DNA of 64,000 nucleotides from Lingula anatina (lineage: Eukaryota; Animalia; Brachiopoda). Both the position numbers and the translations under genes were made by a program. Of the stretch, positions 39,087-51,900 are shown piece after piece. Every line of letters begins with the position of its first letter. The first letter of the stretch is position 1. The DNA lies in contig CM120649.1 in the NCBI GenBank assembly GCA_051362555.1, forward strand, positions 14,880,001-14,944,000. The letters are read 5' to 3'. The notes below the pieces were generated by a model that had not been told where the DNA came from, did not search any database, and was given only the letters and a program-made list of their open reading frames with translations.

Positions 39087-40522
39087 GGGCCCCTTTACAC
39101 TGGACGGCGTCCTTTCTGCGTCCCTTCTGCGTTCAAAAATGTGGTCAGGACGCTCAACGGTCGCCAAAGCAATTAAGGCTTCGTTCACATGCAATGTCTA
39201 TTTTCTATTTTCTATTTTCTATTTTCGGTATGTCTTATGATCACGGTCTGTGCACTGAATATCCCGCGGCGTAATTACTGGCAGCGCGAGCCAGTTACTT
39301 ATAGTAACTTATAGTAACTGGCTCGCGCTGCCAGTAATTACGCCGCGGGATATTCAGTGCACAGACAGTGATCATAAGACATACCGAAAATAGAAAATAG
39401 AAAATAGACATTGCATGTGAACGAAGCCTAAATCGTGTCTCAGTGTAAAGGTGTCTGCGTCCCTTGTACGTCCTTTGAACGACCGAATCTTGATTTTACC
39501 TGTAAAACTGCGAGCAACCTGCCTGCCTCCACTGTACGTCCCCTGTGCAACCCAACGCGTCCATTGCGATGTTTGAGCGACCATTGAGCATTCTTGCTGC
39601 GTTCTCTGTACCTTCATCGGTAATCAGTGGCGTCTATTCTACGATCATTCTGCATCCTGCTTGACCGATGAGCGTTGTTTGGGCGTCCTTCTCCATATTC
39701 TAACTCATATTTTTTCATCGGTTCTAACCAGGTCATCCAATAAAGAACATTTCCAGTACACAAAACAAATAAATGGGAATAAACGCTTTAAACTATAGTG
39801 ATGCAAGGTCTGCATGGACTGATAATAAGCCAGATGCTCAATGTTATCCTTATAAGAAGGATGGACAGGCGCCGAAAACGAGAAAGTGTGACTGACATAA
39901 CATAGAATATTTGAATCCGTTTTCAAATGACGCATTCTGCAAAAAGTTCTGACAATTGATGCATCTTGTAAAAAAGGCAAAATATTCTTTTTATAATAAC
40001 CTAAAAAAATGGATCGTTTCATGAATTTTAGGGGAAAAAACAATCGGAGGCTGATATGAGACCACTGTTACCCTTAGAATTCCTTTTTGGTAAAAAATAC
40101 ATCAGCAAGGCCCCGTTTGAGAGTGAAAAATAATAATGTTCTACGTGCCGAACACTGGACGATCTTTGAGTTTTCATTCTGCAACCAAAGCGATGCTTGT
40201 GCCTCCTTTCTACGACCGCGGCGATGCTTGTGCGTCCTCTCTGCGACCGCGGCGATGCTTGTGCGTCTTCTCTGCAACCACGGCGATGTTTGTGCGTCCT
40301 TTCTGCGTCCATTGAGCGACCATCCTCCATCGCGTTCTTTCTGCGATTGTTTTGAACATGCTCAAAACTTCGCGGCTTCCACGGCGTCCTCGGCGATGCT
40401 TGAACGTTCTTTGTGCGACCTTGGCGATCACTGTGCGTTCTTTGAGCGTCCGACGGCGTCCTGGCCAGTTTCATGGTCGCACAAAGGACGCAGAAAGGAC
40501 GCCGTCCAGTGTAAAGGGGGTT
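39087..40522. mobile_element. Non-autonomous Harbinger-like DNA transposon inserted in Gypsy pol
   Basis: TIR CCCCTTTACACTGGACGGCGTCCTTTCTGCGTCC at both ends with a TAA TSD. Removing it restores QVL|REYQDVF. Confidence 0.88.
39177..39428. mobile_element. 252-bp almost fully palindromic MITE, TAA TSD, nested in the previous element
   Basis: TAA|GGCTTCGTTCACATGCAATG...CATTGCATGTGAACGAAGCC|TAA, with arms of about 120 bp. Confidence 0.9.
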
Positions 40523-43500
40523 TAAGAGAATACCAGGACGTTTTCGCAAAGGATGAATTCGACCTAGGTAATTTTACAGCAATAGAACATGTGATAGAGA
40601 CCAGTGGTGCGAAACCTATAAAACAACGAATGAGAAGGACTCCAATTTGTTTTGCAGAGGAAGAAGGGGCTCACTTGCAAAAAATGTTACAAGCTGGTGT
40701 GATTAAAGAATCCACATCAGATTGGGCATCACCTCCTGTGTTAATTCGAAAGAAAGACGGATCGGTCCGATGGTGTATTGATTATCGTGCACTTAACGAA
40801 GTGACGGTAAAGGACGTGTTCCCATTACCACTGGTGGATGACTGCCTTGATACATTATCAGGTAATGTCTATTTTTCCAAGCTAGATGCCAACTCAGCTT
40901 ATTGGCAGGTGCCAATAAGGGAAGAAGACAGGAAAAAGACAGCCTTTATAACCAAGTATAGCCTCTATGAACATGTGAGGATGGCATTTGGTTTATGTGC
41001 AGTACCTGCGACCTATGCCAGGATTATGAATCTGGTTTTTAGAGGAATGACATGGGAAACTGTGCTAGCTTTCCTGGATGATATGGTGGTTCTAGGAAAA
41101 TCTTTTAATGATCATATAAAAAACTTAAGAGAAGCCCTCACCAGATTCCGAACTTATGGACTGAAATTAAAGCCTAAAAAGTGTGCATTTTTGCAAAAGA
41201 AAATTGAATTTTTAGGCCGTACAGTGACAGGAGATACTCTTGCTGTATCAGATCATGATGTAAAAATTGTAAAGGACTGGCCAACGCCACAAACTTCAAA
41301 GGAAGTGGAAAGATTTATGGGCCTAGCTAACTATCACAGGGCTTTTATTAAAGACTTCAGCAAAATTGCTACACCACTGTATGCAGTGACTGGAAAGAAG
41401 AGCTTCCAATGGGAAGAAAAGCAGGAAGTAGCCTTTAATCGCTTAAAAGAAGCATTAACTACTCCTCCTGTTCTCGCAGTTCCAACGGGAACTGACGAGT
41501 TTATATTAGATACTGATGCCAGCGAATATGCCATATAGGAGCTGAATTAATTCAGGTTCAGAATGGACAAGAAAAGGCGATTGCTTATGGCAGTTATGGT
41601 CTCACTAAAGAGCAGAGACGTTACTGCACAACTCGTAAAGAACTATTGGCAGTTGTAAGATTCACTAGACAGTTCAGACATTACTTACTGGGAAAGCCGT
41701 TTAAAGTAAGGACTGACCATTCAAGCTTAAGATGGTTGATGAGATTTCGGGAGCCGCAGGGACAGTTAGCGCGATGGATGGAGGAGTTATCGCAATACAA
41801 TATGGTGTTATCCCATAGAGCAGGACGTAAACATGGGAATGCTGATGAATTGTCTAGAGTTAGCCATACCGGGCAGTGTGTCAACATAAGCACCAAAGGG
41901 CGGCTGGTTGACCTACCGTGTGGTGGGTGTGATTATTGTAAGCGGGCTCAGAAAAACTGGGCCAGGTTTGAAGAAGATGTGGATGATGTAGTGCCACTGG
42001 CAACTCGGGGAGTTAATAGCCAAAGGGCAATAGACATCAAGGGTGAAGATTTCTCATCAGACAAGATTTGCGACAATGGCAAGACAGTCTATGCAGTAAC
42101 GGTAAACTCAGAAAGGGAGTATACTGAAAAAGTAGTGCTGGGAGAAAGAGTAGATGGTATTCCAGAGGAAAGTATAGAAGATATGCCAGAATTTAAAGTC
42201 ATGCAGTGCATAATTGACAACATTCCGTGGGATCCAGGATAATTAATTCAGGTGAATATGGTAAAGACCAGTCACCAGGCACCAGGGGGAGCTACTCAGA
42301 AAGCTGATGATGGTTCTTCACACTTGACCAGTTGGGGTTATTCTGTTGATGAAGTGAAACAGGCACAGTCAGCAGACAGTGAGTTGAAAGTGATAATAGA
42401 TTACAAAGTGGATGCTACGGACTTCTACATGAAGAGACGTGCTAATGAAATTTTAAGAAAGTGATAATTTGGTTTAAGCTAAAGAGCTTTAAAGGTAAGA
42501 AACTATACTATTACCTTAAATAGAATCCAAAGGGAATTCTATAAGATTTACAAATAATTTGTATACACGTGTGGCTTGAATGTAAACTAATTCCCCTTTT
42601 CAAATCATACCCATATGATATGACTTAGTGTAATAAAATGATAAATAATAATTGTTAAACGTGAAAAGTCTAAGCTAATTTTTTAAGAGCGTGCGAGATT
42701 TTAAATTTGTCTACTGGTAGGTATATAACGCAAGCAACGTCACTATTCTCTTGGTGCCAAGAAGGTCACATGATCACTCTGTCTTGGCTTTCATCATTTA
42801 AGAGACCTCGACTGATTTAACCAAGATGTAGTAGTGAAATTCTAGACTACATCGAGGTTAAATCCGAGTTTTCCGAGAGACGCTACGCAGAAATGTCGAG
42901 TGAAGCGAGACATTTTTGGGTAGCGGCTCGAGGTTGCCCTCGATCCTCACTGAAGCTTGGCTAAATGGACAGGCTTTAGTTATCATCATATCGCCACGGT
43001 CATATAACATCCCTAGGTATGTATAGTGAATGCGTGTACAGAGGCCAGAATTTGATGAGGGAACAACTGGTACCTCTCGTCCCACATGGACGCATAGCCT
43101 TCGGCTTACATAACTTTGTTTATTAAATCAAGGTACATGTACCAGTACATTGGCAAATGTACGAGTCGAAAACTGTACAATGCTGACCTGATCTGACCTT
43201 CATTTTCATAACGATAAATGCTACATCCGCTGCAAAAAATACCTGGGCCCCGTAACTCGAAAGCATCGTGCATTGCGACCTAGCACCAGCGTTTCGATTC
43301 CATAACTCGCCCGTGCTCGCCCCATGTAATACCTTGTTGCCTCTATGTGATGTCGTTGTCATTGTACAGATATTTTAGCAGTATAAGCAGCTCTATTTTC
43401 TTAAAAGAAAAACCATTTCAACATTTTTTTCTTTTCTAAACATTCCCAGGACTTAAATTGGCACTGTTTTGGGCCTTGACGTAGCTTATTATGAAATTAA

Positions 43501-45257
43501 GAATAGAGAGTCTTCACTTTTGCCAGTGACAACAAGTCCCTCCATAAAAATACACCAGTTATAACAAAAAGCTCTTTTCTCTTCAAAATACGCCACCAGT
43601 TATGTGGTAGTCTCTTTAAAGCCGTGACCTGCGTGACCTTAAAAATATGAATTTGACCTCGGTTTATAATGTCAGCACGCGTCACCATCAACAGGGCGAC
43701 ACAAACTGTTTGTCAAGGCAAGCCATTCCTAGATGCCAATAACACCCACGATTACGTTTTCACAACACGAGAACTATGTGGTAAATAGACGAGATTCTGT
43801 AGCGCGGTAAGGGGCGGGGTTCGCTTATTATGTGACTTATTTGTCGATTAAATGAGTCTTGAAGAAGACGAAGAGATAACATGGGGCACAGTGAATGGCG
43901 TGTTTTATACAACCTTGCTACTTTTAAACTTATTATATGAAGTTATCAAATGTAGCATGCCATGCAGGTTCTTATACATTGTACCACTGTCCGAATTTTT
44001 GTAGGTGTCCCGCTAAAACTTAGCATTGTCATTTGATGTAAATTACATATATTATCATTATTTGTAGGGGGTCGGTGATCGCGCTATTCTATGAATAGTT
44101 TAAATAAAAGTCAATATAACCTCGTAAGGCTTCTACTTTTATAGCACCGAACGTTCAAGTAGAAAATTTTGTAGATATTTCACTCCAAGTCGGCAGATCT
44201 CAGAAGAGGGGGGGGGGGGGGGGGGGGGGGCGGCGGTGAGAGAAAGAAAGCTTTACTCCATACTATAAATACATAAAGATTTAGTGTTATGAAATATGAT
44301 ATTCTGATGAACCTATATATGTAACCATACTAAGGCTCTCCCGTATGTGTAAGTGTACAGAGATATATTTCGTAGATCAAGAACTGGCTGAAAGACGAAA
44401 ACCACAAACAGTGTAAGTGGAGGCTAACAAGAAAGTTAAGAGAAGTATTGAGACGCGACAAGAGAAAATTGCGCAAAACAACATGTGTGGAGACCGCCAC
44501 CGCCATAGCACCATACATTGTTATATTGTGATAACATGGAAAATACAATTTTCATTGGCCTACAACGTCCTAATTTCCTGTTACAATTGGTCTCAAAGAA
44601 ATTTAAAATGATCGAAATACCTAGTTTTGATTCGAAAACCGAAATGTAACCATCGATAAAATTATGTAAAGCGCAGAGGTAAATGTACATGCTATGATTG
44701 TGCCTAGATTGTGTTAGAGGAGACAGACCAGCTCAGTTGAATTATGGGAAGTTTGCAAAAGAGACGAAAATGGTGGAGTAAAATCATGTGGTCACTTAGA
44801 AGATCCGAGTATCAACTGGGCTAGGGCTCAAATATGGCGGACCCAACACGATAGGAAGACCGCTTAATCCTGTAATGGTGTCTTCGCCTCTCACACGCCT
44901 CCACACGCGTCTGGTCGAATGGAGCCGAGATTTAATTACTGTGCCCCTGCAGGGATGTCGGTTGTTTAACATGAGAGGCAGGGCTGCTATTTCAGACAAA
45001 TTTTGCTTTATTGAATTGGACAAAAATGGGTTTAAACGTTTAGAAATATTATAGGGCTATAGCTGTGCGTCATTGAGATGAGTTCCCTAACCTCTATAAT
45101 AGCTCCTTATATTCACATTTTATACTAATCTTTAAAAAAATGATCACCTGATGTGAAAACAGGAAAACGGCTCCTTTTTTACCTTGTATCCTACCAATTA
45201 TGTGATTTCAACACGAAGTCTATATTCAAATTAAAATCTAAAATGCATTAATTCATT

Positions 45258-47666
45258 TTTATGTACAGACACAGATGTGTCTGTACATATAGCCATCACC
45301 TGCGTCTGTCGTCGTCGCCGTGCACTTTGACCACCGATAACACGATAAGTGAAAAACTGTTTTACCTTTTGGCTTGAAACTTACAGAACTGATGAACTTT
45401 CACAATATGCAGGTCAAGTTCGAAAATCAGCATGATCGGGCCATCTATATGGAAGTTATGCTGTTTTTTCACTTTTTTCAGCATATTTGCAACACCGATA
45501 ACACGATAAGTGAAAAACCGTTTTACCTTTTGGCTTGAAACTTATGGAACTAATGAATATTCATAATACGCAGGCCAAGTTCGAAAATCAGCATGATCGG
45601 GCCATTTTCTTGGAAGTTATGCTGTTTTTTCACTTTTTTCATCATTTTTATAACACATATAACACGATTAGTGAAAAACCGTTTTACCTTTTAGCTTGAA
45701 ACTTACATAATACGCAGGTCAAGTTCGAAAATCAGCATGATTGGGCCATTTTTATGGAAGTTATGCTGTTTTTTCATTTTTTTAAAGCATATATGCAACA
45801 CTGATAACATGATAAATGAAAAACTGTTTTACCTTTTGGCTTGAAACTTACAGAACTGATGAATATTCATAATATACAGGTCAAGTTCGAAAATCAGCGT
45901 GATCGGACCAATTTTGTGGAAGTTATGCTGTTTTTTCACTTTTTTTCAGCATGTATTCAATACCGATAACGCATTTCAAGGAAAATCAATTGGCCAATTG
46001 TCTTGAAATTTACAGGGGTGATCAGTCTTACTGAAATACAGACGGAGTTCGAAAATAAGCTCGATCGGTTCAGTTTTGGTGAAGTTATGTCTTTTTTGTA
46101 TATAAGTGTTTTTTTCCTTTGATTTAATTCTTAGGCATGTTAACAATCTCATCTGTGAACTAATTAAATATGTAAAGGTATTCTTTTGACATTTTCTGCA
46201 TCTTAACAATATTGTTAGTTGATTGTATAAAAAAAGATGGTAAACCTGTTATTGTGTATTGTGTAATAAAGTGTCAAAAATGGAAATAATAATAAACTCA
46301 TATCTTTACAGTTTGTCAGATTCAATCATTCACCATGTTCAGAATCTCAGAATGGAGCAAACTGGACATTTAAAATTGTTCTATTGATATTTTTCCTATG
46401 TCAACAATTTTCTTAGTTGTTCATTTAAAAATGACAGTAAATTGATTATTTTGTTATATGAAAAAAAGTTGTTGAAAATGGAAAGAAAATCAATTCAATA
46501 TAGTAATCTCTTGTTTACATTTTGGCATTTTGAAAGTGTGACTCTGAACTTCCATGGCCTTGAAGACCTTTCCATGTCACATTTTCTGTATGTCCATGAT
46601 ACTTTTATTTTATTATTAAAAATTGATGTTCATTATGTTATATTGCATGAAAGTTGAAGAAAACCCTATTTTGGAAATGGCTGCCAGAACTAATGTGCAG
46701 TTTGTGTTGGAAAATCAGTGTGATTGTTTTCTGTTTTGGAAGCAATGCAGCTCTATAGAGTGCTCTATGGGGCTACTGTTTATGGATGGTGGTAATTGTC
46801 CCTTGGGGTAGTCACAAGCTAAATTCAGAGCTATAAAATCATTTGCCTAATTAATTTCCAAGTGCCCATTAAATAAAATTACATAAAACACACGTTGAGA
46901 CTTCCCAGTAAAGTCCCATAGGTTAAGCTCTCTTAACTGTGTCACATAATTAGGAATCTGAGATAATTATGCAGGTAAATGTTGTTTAATATTGCAAATA
47001 AGTTAACAAAAGAAAAAAAAATAGATGAATAACAGTGCCTTATTATCCTCAAACACATTGGGGTTATTCATATCATGTTATTACAGCAAGATTAAAAGTT
47101 TGAATAGCAGCTTTAATGGGATATTTTTGTTGTGTTTTCTTTTTAATTTATTTTTCAAACACTGGCATTTTCAGCTCCCATCCACCTGAAGCTCTTCACA
47201 TTTTCTGTATTTCCACATAAGCAGTTGCATTGGTTTTTATGTCTTTAAACATTATGTTATATTATTTTATGCACTGTCATCATTATTCAAATATTGGGAT
47301 TTCATTATGTGAATTTGAACTCTCATGGTCCTGAAACTGTAATCTTATTGCAGGGGTGGATTGAGGCCGTCTTCTGGGTCTTTCAGATTTTAAAGTTCAC
47401 ATTGATGGGTATCTGTTTTTTCTATTGGAAGACCATCAAAAATGAAGGATGGATCAACAAAGATAATTTGGAATACTGTCAGAAAATATCTCTGGAATCG
47501 CTCCTGTTATTGACGATGTCACCTGTTGTGCATGATTAAAATTCAGTGTTGATTGACAGTGCTATTATAGGCATGATTTATTGCATCAAAATTGACAAAA
47601 TGAACCATTTTCTGCATTTTTATTTTTTGTTTTTGTCTGTACATTTGACGGCTTTGCTGCCTTGTT
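45258..47666 (+). mobile_element. Helentron-associated non-autonomous element (HINE/DINE-1-like) with an internal ~162-bp tandem array
   Basis: Inserted in a T-run with no TSD (empty site in copy A at about 28684-28692). 5' hairpin ATGTACAGACAC..GTGTCTGTACAT, short GTC microsatellite, tandem units starting near 45332, 45494, 45655, 45799 and 45961, 3' subTIR GTCTGTACAT, then terminal stem-loop GACGGCTTTGCTGCC and TT. Confidence 0.82.
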
Positions 47667-47683
47667 TATATTGTCGTCATTAA

Positions 47684-48304
47684 AGCAATAATAACTCTTC
47701 CTTTGAGATTCAAAATTCCGCATGAAATACATTGTAAACAACGCATGGAAATATATTCTATTGTATTTTACCACTAAAACGGCCGTTATTGCAGTAAAAC
47801 TAAAATCTGTGCTTGTCAATAGGGCTTTCGATGCTTTCATCAAGGCATTCGTTGCTAATGACGTAATGTTGTCACGCGGATTCTCGCGTTCATTCGAGAC
47901 CAAAATAACAGATGGCGCCAAACGCATTAATGCGGACGCAGACGTAAGTTGCGAGTTTTTGTGCAGTGCGTCGGATAACGAAAAGCCCAGAATGGCACAC
48001 ATTGTGGATATTAATGTATTTTTAACAAAAAGACGAATATATCTCATGAATCTTATATAGTGTTGTTGTTGTCTGCTTTTCCCGCGGTTTTAAGTAGGTC
48101 AACAGTGACTATGCGATGTCAGAGAGAGCTCCGTCAGTTAAAATCTCTTAAGAGATTTTAACAAAAAACCGTACGTTTAGAAAAAAAACCCTGGATTAAC
48201 TTTGAATGCAGGAATGGGGTCGCTGACCATTGGTAAGTACGGGAAAATTGCCGTTTACTCCAGGAAAATCCAATTTTTGGCCAAAATGAAGAGTTATTAT
48301 GACT
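47684..48304. mobile_element. Non-autonomous DNA transposon with TTAA TSD (Kolobok-like)
   Basis: TTAA|AGCAATAATAACTCTTC...GAAGAGTTATTATGACT|TTAA. Copy A has a single TTAA at the empty site (gtcaTTAAgcga). Confidence 0.85.
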
Positions 48305-48739
48305 TTAAGCGAGACAAAGACAAGAATAGCAATATTCCAAATGAACCCTTGGCATTATTTTTTGTTACCTGCCTGCCAATAATCTGGTGAAAGATACAGT
48401 TCATTTGCACATTCTGTGTATATAGTCAATTTAAAATAATAGAGACTTATTCAGCTGTGTCTTTTGTCGCCTTAATTGCACATGCTAGTCACTTATACAT
48501 GTAGCTGAGACACAAACCTCATATAGGATACTCGTGCCACAGGCTTGCTTAGTGGGTATGGCTTATGTAAGAAAATTTCATGATATTGGTATTTAAATAG
48601 TTAATCTATTTGGTTTTATTTTTGTAACCATAACCAAGCAGACTTATATGTCATAGAATGAATATTCCAACAATTAAAAATTTCCGCCCCAGGTTCTACA
48701 TACATATGATTAATATGAGCATTTGAATAAAGTTCCCTC

Positions 48740-48963
48740 TTAAGGCTTCATCCCATCCAATTTCCTTCTTATTTTTTCAATTTCACATTTTTCATACGCC
48801 ACTTGCTTAAAATATGCTACATAGAGGTAGATAGTCCCTAGGAAAACCGTTCCTATGATTACTCCTAGTACAATTTCATGTACCACAGCGTCCTTCAGTT
48901 GTTGCAGAATATCGGAGTCTTCTTTACTGCTGTCACGTCTTGGGGTACCATTCTGATTGTCAC
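48740..48963 (-). CDS. Copy B exon 7: TM helix and 22-aa cytoplasmic tail
   Basis: [22 protein letters not shown] then [22 protein letters not shown]. Confidence 0.85.
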
Positions 48964-51900
48964 CTTGAAGGTAAAAAAGAGACTTAATAAAAACCATCAG
49001 ATATTTTTACAACCCATTTTGAGATGCGTTAGAATAAAATAATCTTAAGCGTTAATCTGTTGTTAGCTAACTTGATTCTCAAAAGTTTTTCTATTCAAAT
49101 AAATTCATGCATGTAGTTTTTTTAACTGTTTTACAAAACGACTTCTATCCTAGGCTTAAGGGCATCTACGACCGCTTAACAAGATTAACCGAGTGCGTAA
49201 TTTATTTTGTCCTATTTATCTAAAGAGAGTTTCACAAACAATTAGTCCACAGAGAATGGAGTCAACAAGTCTTGATTTTTTCCTGTTATAAATGGCGTCA
49301 AAGCAATAAAGGGAACCGGAGAAGATCAGCATTGGTCAGAATTGTGCCTGAAGTGACGTGCAGTGGTGTTAGAAACGAAGCTGAGTGGTCATTTTAACAT
49401 AGAGGTGAACGGCAGTGAAGACGGGTTGTCGGAGGAAAAAGAAGTTTTCTAAACAACATGGTAAGATAACACCTTTTCTTTACGCATTTTGGGCAGAGAA
49501 AACTTGTAGAAATAATAAATGCATGATATGAAAACGTGACACGGAACTTGAAGGTGCAAAATCGTGCTTAATTGGCGGTCAACTTGTTTTAAAATGAATG
49601 CTGCATCGAGCGCCATTGCGACAAAGAGTGTAAATGGAAAATAATTCCCGGGAGGCTGTAAATCGTTGCCATGTGGAAATTTGGCATTAATATAATCCGA
49701 TATGTCCATATCTAAGTATTTTTGGGGTGTTTGAGCTGCAATTAGAACGAAGTTTTAGAGGTCTTGAAGGACCTTGTGAAAACAAGGAAGTAGTTCGTAA
49801 CTAACAAGTGAAATGTACCGATCTCCGACTGCTGTGCACAGCTGTATCTTTTTTTCAATATATTGACGAATTTTTGTCACAGGACAAATAAAACATTTCA
49901 CTGACAAGATCTTCCCAAAAAGACAAAAAGAGAATTCAGGTGAGCTGACAGGTAATTAAGACTAGCTCAAAGTACTAATAATTGACATTATTATGCAATA
50001 CTCAGTTGGTAAAACGATTCTCACAGGTAGATAACATGTAACATGACCAATTTCTATAGGCTAATGATTGCCAGCCTGAGGAAATTGATTGCCAGTCTCT
50101 TTGGTCAGTGATTTTTAACTCAGGTAAGAGGCTGTCAGAATGTCACCTTTGTCTTGGCATTTGTCACTGAATAACGCCTTCTCCAGTGTAAAAGGTATAT
50201 CAGTGTGATCATGTGTGTGGAATTTCATGCCAGATGGACATATAAAGATCTAAAAATTCGTCAATATATTGAAAAAAAGATACAGCTGCATGTGCACAGC
50301 AGTTGGAGATCGGTACATTCCACTTGTTAGTTACGAACTACTTCCTGGTTTTCACAAGGTCCTTCAAGACCTCTAAAACATCGTTGTAATTGCAGCCCAT
50401 ACCATAAAACACCCAAAAATACTTAGATATGGACATATCGGATTATATTAATGCCAAATTTCCACATGACAACGATTTATAGACTCCCGGGAATTATTTC
50501 CCCTTTACGCTTTTTGTCGCGCTGGCGGTCGACGCAGCATTTATTTCTAAACAAGTTGAACGCAAATTAAGCACGATTTTGCACCTTCAAGTTCCGTGTC
50601 ACGTTTTCATATCATGCATTTATTATTTCTACAAGTTTTCTCTGCCCAAAATGCGAAAAAAAAGAGAGTTATCTTACCATGTTGTTTAGAAAACTTCTTT
50701 TTCCTCCGATAACCCGTCTTCACTGCCGTTCACCTCTATGTTAAAATGACCACTCAGCTTCGTTTCTAACACCACTGCACGTCACTTCCGGCACAATTCT
50801 GACCAATGCTGATCTTCTCCGGTTCCCTTTATTCGGATGTGTGCTATTCTTATACCTCTAAGGAACAGGGATGCACTGGTCGTCATAACTGGTGAAGCCA
50901 GTGGAGTAGTAGGACTCTCAAAGCGCGTTGAAGTTGGAGGTAATGTTCGTGCAAACCGTCCTGTAGTTGGAGATAATGTCCGTCCACGCAGTACCACAAA
51001 AAATCTGTCAGACATTCCCTTTTCTCCTTTCATTCCAAAGAACGATAAGCCTTTAGCCCCCTGCATTCCCTTCTCTCCCGGATGTCCAACAGACCCTGGA
51101 AGTCCTTGCTGACCTGGAGCCCCTGCAATGCCCTTCATACCCTTTATGCTCTTCACTGAGTCACCTGGTGGCCCTTGGTTTCCCGGAAGTCCTGTGATTA
51201 AAGATAATATTTAAAATCTACACAGATATATGGTGATAAACTTGAAAACATAATTTATGTACTGTAGAGATTTGAAATTCACAAAAGAGTGCTCATTGTC
51301 ACGCATTCCTGTTAATTGTACAACAATATATCCTCTGCAAATAAATAGTGAGATTAATTAGGTTATGGGACTAAAATATCTGCACACACTTAAACCAATG
51401 CATATTGTTATAAAAGAAAACATTTCCTCTTACCTTTTGGTCCCGCTGTTCCTGGTGGTCCTCCCGTTCCGGTTGGTCCAGGAGGCCCTATTAACCCTGG
51501 TGGACCAGCTGTTCCAGCAGCACCAACAGTCCCCATGGGTCCAATTAGTCCTGGGGGTCCTCCTGTGCCTGGGGCTCCTGCTGCTCCTTGGGGACCAAAT
51601 GTTCCTGGTGGCCCACTGATGCCTTTTGGTCCACCTGTTCCTGGAGGGCCACTACTTCCGGGTGGACCATTTGTGCCATGAGGTCCGCGGGTTCCAGGTG
51701 GACCTCCAGTTCCCTGTGGTCCAGTAGTTCCAGTAACACCCTTTAGTCCGGGTGGCCCATCAGTTCCTATTGGTCCTGCTTCACCGTTAGGACCACTAGT
51801 GCCTGGGGGGCCATCGCGGCCAACAGGACCTGATGTACCTGGTTGCCCCTCTGACCCAGGTGGCCCCGCTGTCCCTGGGGGTCCTCCCGTTTCTGATGAT

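Larger units (their letters stand above)
37951..42464 (+). pseudogene. pol: Gypsy pol (disrupted): aspartic protease, reverse transcriptase, RNase H
   Basis: AVVDTAADVT (protease); WASPPVLIRKKDGSVRWCIDYRALN and FLDD (RT); LDTDAS and FKVRTDHSSL (RNase H). Frameshifts near 38720 and 41535, and an insertion at 39087-40522. Confidence 0.9.
35727..42543 (+). mobile_element. Gypsy/Ty3 LTR retrotransposon, degenerate and lacking integrase
   Basis: AGAT TSD at 35723-35726 and 42544-42547. 5' LTR 35727-35943 (TGTAG...CTATA), PBS TGGCGACGAGG at 35945, partial 3' LTR 42418-42543. Gag, protease, RT and RNase H fragments lie in Gypsy order. Confidence 0.93.
43357..49110. repeat. Duplicated block, copy B (carries two transposon insertions absent from copy A)
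   Basis: Colinear with 26743-29505. Insertions at 45258-47666 and 47684-48304; a poly-G tract at 44208-44245 replaces a segment of copy A. Confidence 0.92.

Noticed and set aside
40087-40522. Novel Cys-rich N-terminal extension on reverse transcriptase (ORF 40087..41538)
   Set aside because: Chance open frame through the inserted DNA transposon's subterminal repeats. True pol resumes at about 40523.
42808-43110. Hairpin at 42808-42868 and GCATAGCCTTCGGCT end, possibly another rolling-circle element
   Set aside because: Boundaries and a second copy could not be established, so it is not called.
45332-46090. CRISPR-like array
   Set aside because: Whole ~162-bp units repeat with no unique spacers, no cas genes, and a eukaryotic context.
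48770-48810. ITIM in the copy B tail (VAYEKC)
   Set aside because: Lacks the required L/V at Y+3 and lies too close to the membrane.
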